Assembly (NCBI GenBank): GCA_903836515.1
Contig: CAILQW010000051.1
Location: 7,640-71,639, forward strand
DNA from: Candidatus Omnitrophota bacterium
Lineage (GTDB): Bacteria; Omnitrophota; Gorgyraeia; Zapsychrales; Fredricksoniimonadaceae
Reading direction: 5' to 3'
Length of the DNA: 64,000 nt
Each line of letters opens with the position of its first letter. The stretch's first letter is position 1. A program made the translations under genes and the position numbers. Under the pieces are notes generated by a model. The model did not search any database and was not told the DNA's origin. It saw only the letters and a program-made list of their open reading frames with translations. Shown here piece after piece: positions 57,675 to 64,000 of this stretch.

Positions 57675-59318
57675 ATGAAAATATCCGCCAAGATCATCGT
57701 GCTCATCTCGGTCTTGCTGGTGGTGTTTGCCGTGAACGGGTTCATCAGTTTCAGTCTTCTCAAAGGCGTCAGCCGCGAACTCCAGGCCATTGTCAACCAG
57801 GATGTTGTCCTCCTGGAAACATCCACCGCCATCACCAAACACCAGCTGCAAAAGGCGGTTATCCTCGAGCGCCTGCGCCGCATCGCCGAGGAGCTGGCCT
57901 ACCAGCAGGTCACCCCCGCGCGCAAGGAACATTTGCTGTTCCATGTCAAGCTGGCGAAGAATGATTTTGACGGACTTTCCAAGGAAGGGGCGATCGATAT
58001 TGTCGACGCCAAACGCATGGTGGAGGATGCCCTGCGCGCCGTGCGGGACCCCAGGGCGCGCCAGGATCTGACGCGTGTGGCTGCGCTTTTCAAGGAGATC
58101 GAAAAAGCCCATATCCATTATGACGCGGTGTCTGCGAGTATTTTTCAGGGCATCGACGCGGGGGTCTACGAGATATCCACCGAAGCTGTCGACCAGATTC
58201 ACACCGACGAAAGCAAGCTGACCCGGGAACTCAAGAAACTGCTCGATGATGTGCAGACCTTCACCCAGGCGTCCGTGGCCAATGCCCGCCGTTATGAGAC
58301 CACCACGGAACGCGTGCTGTGGCTTATGTTCATTGTCAGCCTTCTGGCCGGGCTGGCGCTGAGCGTGTCCATCATCCGCGGGATCAACGAGCCCTTGCGC
58401 CATCTCCTTAAGGCGACGCACGAGATCGGCGGGGGGAACCTTGCTGTTAAACTTAATGAATCATCCCGCGACGAGCTGGGGGAGTTAAGCCGCGAGTTCA
58501 ACCGCATGTCGGGCCAGTTGTCTGAAGCCCGCGCCAGGCTCGAGGAGCAGAGCCAGGTCCTGCAGGAGAACCTTGATTTGACCGCGCGGCAGAAAAGGGA
58601 CCTTGAGAAGGTGAACCATGAACTGGACCGTTTTGTTCACACGGTCAGCCACGATATCCGTTCGCCGCTCATGGGCATCGCCTGGTATGTGGAATTCCTC
58701 AAATCTCATCACTACGACAAGATCGACAAGAAGGGCCAGGACAGCATCGACGGGGTGTGCCGCGGGGTGGAACGCGCCAATGCCCTGATCAATGACCTGC
58801 TGGCCTTGACCCGCATTTCCCGCATCAACAATCCTTACCAGAAGATACCGGTGCGCCAGCTGGTCGATGAGGTCGCGGCTACCCTGGATTACAAGATCAG
58901 GCAGAATAACGTGACACTCCGCCTGCCTCAAGAGATGCCCGACATCGTGTGCGATGCCATCAAGCTCAAAGAGGTTTTTCTGAACCTCATGACCAACGCC
59001 ATCAAGTTTTCATCCGGGCGTCCCGGCGTTCAGCCCGAGATATCTATCGAGGCGGGTGAAAGTGAGGCGGCCTACGAATTTATCGTCAGGGACAACGGCA
59101 TCGGTATCCCGGCAGGCTCCCTGGATGAGGTGTTTGACATTTTCAAGCGGCTTGACACCTCAGGGAAATACGAGGGAACAGGCGTCGGGTTGAGCCTGGT
59201 TAAAAGCATTGTGGACGATCATGGCGGGAAGGTTTGGGTCGTGTCCGAGGAAGGCCGCGGCTCAGCCTTTCATGTCATCATCCCCAAAGGCTTGAATGTC
59301 TCATTGAAAGATACGTGA
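57675..59318 (+). CDS. sensor histidine kinase (no response regulator adjacent)
   Basis: N-terminal TM, long helical sensor/HAMP-like region, HisKA (FVHTVSHDIRSPL) and HATPase_c (RDNGIGIP...GTGVGLSL). Confidence 0.8.
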   Translation: MKISAKIIVLISVLLVVFAVNGFISFSLLKGVSRELQAIVNQDVVLLETSTAITKHQLQKAVILERLRRIAEELAYQQVTPARKEHLLFHVKLAKNDFDGLSKEGAIDIVDAKRMVEDALRAVRDPRARQDLTRVAALFKEIEKAHIHYDAVSASIFQGIDAGVYEISTEAVDQIHTDESKLTRELKKLLDDVQTFTQASVANARRYETTTERVLWLMFIVSLLAGLALSVSIIRGINEPLRHLLKATHEIGGGNLAVKLNESSRDELGELSREFNRMSGQLSEARARLEEQSQVLQENLDLTARQKRDLEKVNHELDRFVHTVSHDIRSPLMGIAWYVEFLKSHHYDKIDKKGQDSIDGVCRGVERANALINDLLALTRISRINNPYQKIPVRQLVDEVAATLDYKIRQNNVTLRLPQEMPDIVCDAIKLKEVFLNLMTNAIKFSSGRPGVQPEISIEAGESEAAYEFIVRDNGIGIPAGSLDEVFDIFKRLDTSGKYEGTGVGLSLVKSIVDDHGGKVWVVSEEGRGSAFHVIIPKGLNVSLKDT

Positions 59319-60044
59319 CAGATACCGCGTGTTGACCGGGCCGTAATCGCCGGCCTTGTCGGGATCATTCATGAACGAGGCAATGGTGGGCCGGATATAG
59401 TTTTTATTCCCGCCGCAGCCGTGAATATAGCCGACGCGCGCAACGTTGCCTTCCAGATCGCCCCACCAGGCTTTGGCCTCTTCCTCTGTCGCGGCGCAAT
59501 TGGGCGGCCCCGGCGGGGCAAGTCCGGCGGTCCCGCTCACCCCTTCATCGCGTAATCCCAGGGAATGCCCCAGCTCGTGCAGGAAGCCTTTGGCAAAACT
59601 GTCCGCGGTCGTGTACCGGCCTTTACCCAGAATGATGAGGGACGTCGTGTGCGGGTCCGAGAGTTCGGCGGTAGATGTGCCGCCCGAGGCATCGATGATC
59701 ACGAGTTTGTAGGGACCTTTGAGGCGGACGGCGATGGTCTGCAGGAAATCCCGGCGCACCTGAAGCGGGGGGATACCTGGGGCTTCCTTAAAGATCCGGG
59801 CCGCCTCTTCAGGCAAGAGGACAATGTGGTAGAGAGCGATATCGTGCGGGAAGGCCGAGAAGGGGGGCGTGGCCCCCAGCTTGGAGGTAAGCACGTGCAC
59901 ATCTTTTAAGAATGTCTCTTTATCTTCATGCAGGGCGCAAAACACCACAGAAATTCCGGGGCCATTATTCTCAATCGTGTACGCCCAACATGCCGGCGCC
60001 AGGCACAGGCCGCAGAAGAGGGAAAGGATGATTTTTTTCATCAT
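59301..60044 (-). CDS. secreted zinc metallopeptidase (HExxH; M64/IgA-peptidase-like)
   Basis: signal peptide MMKKIILSLFCGLCLAPACWA; HELGHSLGLRDE zincin motif. Confidence 0.5.
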   Translation of the reverse strand: MMKKIILSLFCGLCLAPACWAYTIENNGPGISVVFCALHEDKETFLKDVHVLTSKLGATPPFSAFPHDIALYHIVLLPEEAARIFKEAPGIPPLQVRRDFLQTIAVRLKGPYKLVIIDASGGTSTAELSDPHTTSLIILGKGRYTTADSFAKGFLHELGHSLGLRDEGVSGTAGLAPPGPPNCAATEEEAKAWWGDLEGNVARVGYIHGCGGNKNYIRPTIASFMNDPDKAGDYGPVNTRYLSRIFQ

Positions 60045-60076
60045 GGCATGGGTGGAAAACGGTGTCTTTAGGTTTC

Positions 60077-60271
60077 TTACTCTCTTTCAAAGATGGTGCT
60101 CATGTTCTTAAGGAATCCGCGCATGGCCTTCATTGTGTGAACAGGCAGGATTTCAAGACGGTCCTTGAAGGCGATCATTTGAAGTTTTTCTCCCGGACCG
60201 ATGGCAAAGTTTTTAGGCATCTGGGTGGGGATAACGATCTGGTATTTTGGAGATAGGGTAACGGTTGTCAT
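60077..60271 (-). CDS. AbrB/MazE/SpoVT-family (swapped-hairpin) DNA-binding protein
   Basis: 64 aa; VTLSPKYQIVIPTQMPKNFAIGPGEKLQMIAFKDRLEILP matches the AbrB-type antitoxin/regulator fold; no cognate toxin adjacent. Confidence 0.55.
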   Translation of the reverse strand: MTTVTLSPKYQIVIPTQMPKNFAIGPGEKLQMIAFKDRLEILPVHTMKAMRGFLKNMSTIFERE

Positions 60272-60424
60272 GCGATCTTCCTATCTATTGTGATCTTATA
60301 GTACGGGAAGTATATAACGCTGGTTTTGCGAATCAAGTCTTATTGTCTACGCCAAACTTGGTAGAATTACGGGGCAATGGTATTGCACGCGTCCTTGGGA
60401 TGCGGTAGATGTCCCTATAGTTAA

Positions 60425-61042
60425 TTATTTTGTGCACACACGTACTGTTTTGCCTGCAATATTATCAGCACTTTCATAATTGGATGGAGATACACTTGTT
60501 ATTTCACTAAAAGTTGCAATTGATGTCCAGCCGCTGGGACAGGATGGCGCAGTACAAGATGGCACGACACCATCAGCCATACATGCAGGTACGGAATTCG
60601 AATAGAAGCCTAATGCTCCTATACAGCCCCAGCTACAGCTGATATTGATAATGCTCTGCCCTGAACTCTGCGCCACCCAGGCGGAGCCGTTGGAGTAATA
60701 AATTTGATCGTTGTCCGCTGAATAGGCCACCTGGCCTTGGTTGCCCACGGTCCAGGTGGCAGGGTCTCCGGATTGCGGCTGGAGGCCAAGGTCGCCGACC
60801 CGGTTGGGTGTGGTGGTGTTTAAGGCCAGCGTATTTGCCTTGAGATTTCCCTTGACTTCGAGTTTCTCAACGGGGGTTGTGGTCCCCACACCCATGTTAC
60901 CGCTGATACTCAGATTCTGGTAATTGCCCGACGGCGAGGGGTAATAGGTCGTGAGGGTGATCGATTCCGCACCGGCCGGGAGGGCACTCATGCCCAAGAT
61001 CAGGCCTGTTGTCAGGATGAGGGCTTTTAACGTCATTGTCAT
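60425..61042 (-). CDS. secreted hypothetical protein with tail-fibre-like N-terminal motif, Cys-rich C-terminus
   Basis: signal peptide; GNMGVGTTTPVEKLEVKGNLKA motif (third member of the family). Confidence 0.5.
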   Translation of the reverse strand: MTMTLKALILTTGLILGMSALPAGAESITLTTYYPSPSGNYQNLSISGNMGVGTTTPVEKLEVKGNLKANTLALNTTTPNRVGDLGLQPQSGDPATWTVGNQGQVAYSADNDQIYYSNGSAWVAQSSGQSIINISCSWGCIGALGFYSNSVPACMADGVVPSCTAPSCPSGWTSIATFSEITSVSPSNYESADNIAGKTVRVCTK

Positions 61043-61287
61043 ACTCCTTTAATTGTAAAATATTATATTTCATTGCTCACCGAAACGTGCAGTCCAAATC
61101 GGACATATAAATTTATATTTATAATTTTAGATGAAATAAATCTTAATGTCCACATAAAGCGAATAATTAACAAGGGCAGGATTGCTGGAGTATTTACTTG
61201 ATTCTTCAGGGCATCAATCTTAAGATAGCACAGCATTAGACACGTACGGAATTAGGGGTGGGCACGTACAAAATCCAGGAGGGATGT

Positions 61288-61548
61288 ATGAGGAAATTGA
61301 TGGTCATGATGTTTGTGGTGGCGGTGTTTTCGGGTACCGGGGCGTTGTGCTTGGCCCAGAGCGTCGATGTGTCGGCCAAGGAGCTTGCCAAGCCAAGGCG
61401 TCCCATGATGCCGGGGATGCGGGGTGCGATGGTCAGATCCATGGTCGCCACATCCGACGGTGGTGTTGTCGCGGTCATTGGGGAGAAGCTTGTCAAATAT
61501 GACAAGGATTTGAATGTGGTTAAAGTTATTGAGATCCAGGCTGAATAG
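61288..61548 (+). CDS. small secreted hypothetical protein
   Basis: RBS aggaggg 61277-83; MRKLMVMMFVVAVFSGTGALCLA signal peptide; bracketed by repeated cacgtac motifs. Confidence 0.4.
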   Translation: MRKLMVMMFVVAVFSGTGALCLAQSVDVSAKELAKPRRPMMPGMRGAMVRSMVATSDGGVVAVIGEKLVKYDKDLNVVKVIEIQAE

Positions 61549-61570
61549 GTCCTGCAGAAGAACATTATGG

Positions 61571-61619
61571 GAGAACAATTATGGGGACACGTACCAAATC
61601 CAAAGGACGGATTTGGTAC
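61571..61619 (+). terminator. 21-bp near-perfect hairpin downstream of the small ORF (terminator or operator-like inverted repeat)
   Basis: atggggacacgtaccaaatcc-aaaggac-ggatttggtacatgtccccat; no U-tract. Confidence 0.45.
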
Positions 61620-61765
61620 ATGTCCCCATAATTCCATTCCATAATTCCCCGCACAACTTTCAAATATTTACCTTGATTCTTCTCTATAAGATTCCTAAAA
61701 TAACTCGACCTTTAAGGACCGTGGATGATGGCGGTGTTTTTTTTAATCATGGATTTCAGGAAAAT

Positions 61766-62050
61766 ATGATCACAGCGGAAACAGTCAATTACATCAGTTC
61801 GCTCGCGCGCCTTCATCTGGAAGGGCCGGAGGCGGTCAAACTCGCGGGCGACCTTGAGGCTATCCTGCATTATGCCGCAAAACTCAATGCCCTGGATGTG
61901 GCATCGGTCACGCCGACCAGCCATGTCCTTAACGTTGAAAATGTGTTCCGGGACGATGTGCCGGCCCCCGGCCTGACGCCCGAACAGGCGTTCTCGTTCG
62001 CCATCGAGAGCCAGGACAATGCCTATAAAGTCCCCAGGATCATTGAATGA
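61766..62050 (+). CDS. gatC: Asp/Glu-tRNA amidotransferase subunit C
   Basis: [18 protein letters not shown]... Confidence 0.85.
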   Translation: MITAETVNYISSLARLHLEGPEAVKLAGDLEAILHYAAKLNALDVASVTPTSHVLNVENVFRDDVPAPGLTPEQAFSFAIESQDNAYKVPRIIE

Positions 62051-63474
62051 ACACCGCCTCCCTGACAGCCCATGAACTCATGGACCGGATCAAGATCGGC
62101 GGCATCACTCCGGCCCGGATCGTGGACGATGTCCTGGCGCGAGCGCAGGCAGTAAATCCCGGGACCCATGCGTTCATCCGTTTCGCCGACAAGATCACGG
62201 CGGGTGAGGGTGCCTGCCCGCTCCCCATCGCCATCAAGGACAATATTTGTGTCAATGGCTCTCTGACCACGTGCGCCTCGAAGATCCTCGAAGGGTTCCG
62301 TCCCCCGTATGATGCAGAGGTGGTTGCCAGGATCAAAGCTGCAGGCGGTGTCATTCTGGGCAGTGCCAATATGGATGAATTTGCCTTCGGGTCTTCCTGC
62401 GAGACATCGGTTTATGGGCCCTCACACAATCCCTGGGATCTCAAACGTGTGCCGGGCGGTTCATCGGGCGGTTCGGCCGCGGCGGTGGCCGCAGGCCAGG
62501 CCGTGTGGGCCCTGGGCAGTGACACGGGCGGGTCCATCCGTCAGCCGGCGGCTTTTTGCGGGGTGGTGGGGTTGAAGCCGACGTACGGGCGCGTGTCGCG
62601 TTATGGGCTTATTGCCTTCGGATCGTCTTTAGACCAGATCGGGCCGATTACCAAAGATGTCAGGGATGGCGCGCTCTTGTTGAATATCATCGCGGGTTTT
62701 GATCCCAAAGATTCCACCTCTGTCAACGCGCCGGTGCCGGATTATACCCGGGCGTTGGGCCGGGATGTGAAGGGCTTACGGATCGGGATCCCGCGCGAAT
62801 ATTTTATCCCGGGGATCCAGCCGGAAGTCCTGGCGGCGGTGCGTGCGGCCATTGACGTCTTCAAGGCGCAGGGGGCACAGATCGTGGATATTGCCCTGCC
62901 GCATACGGCATACGCGGTGGCAACCTATTATATTGTGGCGACCGCCGAGGCAAGTTCCAACCTCGCGCGTTTCGACGGGGTTGAATATGGCCTCAGGGCT
63001 TTTCCGGCAGTGCCGCGCAAGGGGAAGCTCATCGACATGTATGAAGAGACGCGCGCCCAGGGCTTTGGCGCCGAGGCCAAGCGCCGCATCATGCTGGGCA
63101 CTTATGTCCTTTCATCGGGGTATTATGACGCCTATTATTTGCGCGCCCAGAAGGTGAGGACCCTCATCAAGCAGGACTTTGAGAAGGCTTTTGGCGCCTG
63201 TGACGTGATCTTGTCACCCACAACGCCCACGACCGCTTTTCGCATCGGTGAAAAAATGAATGATCCGGTGGCCATGTACCTTTCGGATATTTTCACCATT
63301 CCCGCGAATATGGCCGGCATCCCGGCGATCTCCATTCCCTGCGGCTTTGACGGGGCTAAACTGCCCGTGGGGCTGCAGTTGATGGCCGGACCTTTTGCCG
63401 AGGAAACCCTTCTGGCGGCCGCGTACGCTTACGAACAAGCCGCACCCTGGCATCAGGCGAGGGCCAGCCTATGA
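62047..63474 (+). CDS. gatA: Glu-tRNA(Gln) amidotransferase subunit A
   Basis: amidase signature [14 protein letters not shown]...[12 protein letters not shown]. Confidence 0.95.
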   Translation: MNTASLTAHELMDRIKIGGITPARIVDDVLARAQAVNPGTHAFIRFADKITAGEGACPLPIAIKDNICVNGSLTTCASKILEGFRPPYDAEVVARIKAAGGVILGSANMDEFAFGSSCETSVYGPSHNPWDLKRVPGGSSGGSAAAVAAGQAVWALGSDTGGSIRQPAAFCGVVGLKPTYGRVSRYGLIAFGSSLDQIGPITKDVRDGALLLNIIAGFDPKDSTSVNAPVPDYTRALGRDVKGLRIGIPREYFIPGIQPEVLAAVRAAIDVFKAQGAQIVDIALPHTAYAVATYYIVATAEASSNLARFDGVEYGLRAFPAVPRKGKLIDMYEETRAQGFGAEAKRRIMLGTYVLSSGYYDAYYLRAQKVRTLIKQDFEKAFGACDVILSPTTPTTAFRIGEKMNDPVAMYLSDIFTIPANMAGIPAISIPCGFDGAKLPVGLQLMAGPFAEETLLAAAYAYEQAAPWHQARASL

Positions 63475-64000
63475 GCACGTTCGAAACCGTGATCGGCCTG
63501 GAGGTTCATCTTCAGCTCAAAACCCGGACCAAGATTTTTTGTGCCTGCCCCAATGTTTTTGGCGGGACGCCCAACAGTCATGTGTGCCCGGTGTGCCTGG
63601 GCCTGCCCGGATCGCTCCCGGTGCTCAACCGCCAGGTCCTGTTCGACGGGATGAAGGTGGGGCTGGCGCTGGGCTGCCGCATCAACACGTTCGTGAAGTT
63701 TGACCGTAAAAATTATTTTTATCCCGATCTGCCCAAGGGCTACCAGATCACCCAGTTCGATTTTCCCATTGCCCAGCAGGGGAGGATCGCGTTTATTTCA
63801 GGCGGCAAGAAAAAACATGTCGGCATCACGCGCGCCCACATTGAAGAGGATGCGGGCAAGCTGGTTCATGACGCGGCGCATCAGTGTTCGCTGGCGGACT
63901 ATAACCGCACGGGCACGCCCCTGATCGAGATCGTTTCCGAGCCGGACATGCGCAGTGCGCAGGAGGCCTATGATTATCTGACCGCGCTCAAGCTCACCTT
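63471..64000 (+). CDS. gatB: Asp/Glu-tRNA amidotransferase subunit B, N-terminal part (runs off the window)
   Basis: [28 protein letters not shown]...; ATGA overlap with gatA. Confidence 0.9.
   Translation, partial: MSTFETVIGLEVHLQLKTRTKIFCACPNVFGGTPNSHVCPVCLGLPGSLPVLNRQVLFDGMKVGLALGCRINTFVKFDRKNYFYPDLPKGYQITQFDFPIAQQGRIAFISGGKKKHVGITRAHIEEDAGKLVHDAAHQCSLADYNRTGTPLIEIVSEPDMRSAQEAYDYLTALKLT

Overview
This is a 64-kb, roughly 58% GC bacterial chromosomal window. It is almost entirely plus-strand and gene-dense, with many 4-nt ATGA start/stop overlaps typical of operons. The taxon is not identifiable from sequence alone. Housekeeping blocks are: argG(partial)-argH-lysA-dapF-dapA-dapB-dapL-folK; panC plus an aspartate-dehydrogenase-like gene; an SPFH protein; uvrA; recA-recX-alaS-hisDBHAF plus a TrpE-like gene; rpsP-yajC-secDF; a short mfd; surA-pdxA-ksgA; gatCAB(partial). 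Two accessory regions stand out. The first is a roughly 7.7-kb islet inserted between folK and panC. It holds a hicAB toxin-antitoxin pair and at least 11 copies of a 28-nt perfect palindrome (REP elements, arranged in BIME-like clusters). It also holds the cognate REP-associated tyrosine transposase (RAYT), which itself carries an in-frame REP copy, plus a tRNA. The islet further encodes two paralogous secreted proteins with an FGE-sulfatase (SUMF1-like) domain, and small secreted proteins that share a tail-fibre-like N-terminal motif. The second is a roughly 16-kb type IV filament (T4P/T2SS-like) locus. It runs: TPR protein, ExbB/ExbD-like pair, a PilM-PilN fusion, PilO, PilP, a secretin, PilB, PilC, four tandem pilin paralogs and two minor pilins, then rsmE. 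Directly downstream are two tandem TMTC-like (DUF1736+TPR, GT-C) membrane proteins that may glycosylate the pilins. Other oddities are a lysine-rich, internally duplicated 89-aa protein, a minimal Mfd lacking both the N-terminal UvrA-interaction module and the C-terminal D7 domain, and a small ORF bracketed by a repeated cacgtacNaaatcc motif with a 21-bp hairpin.
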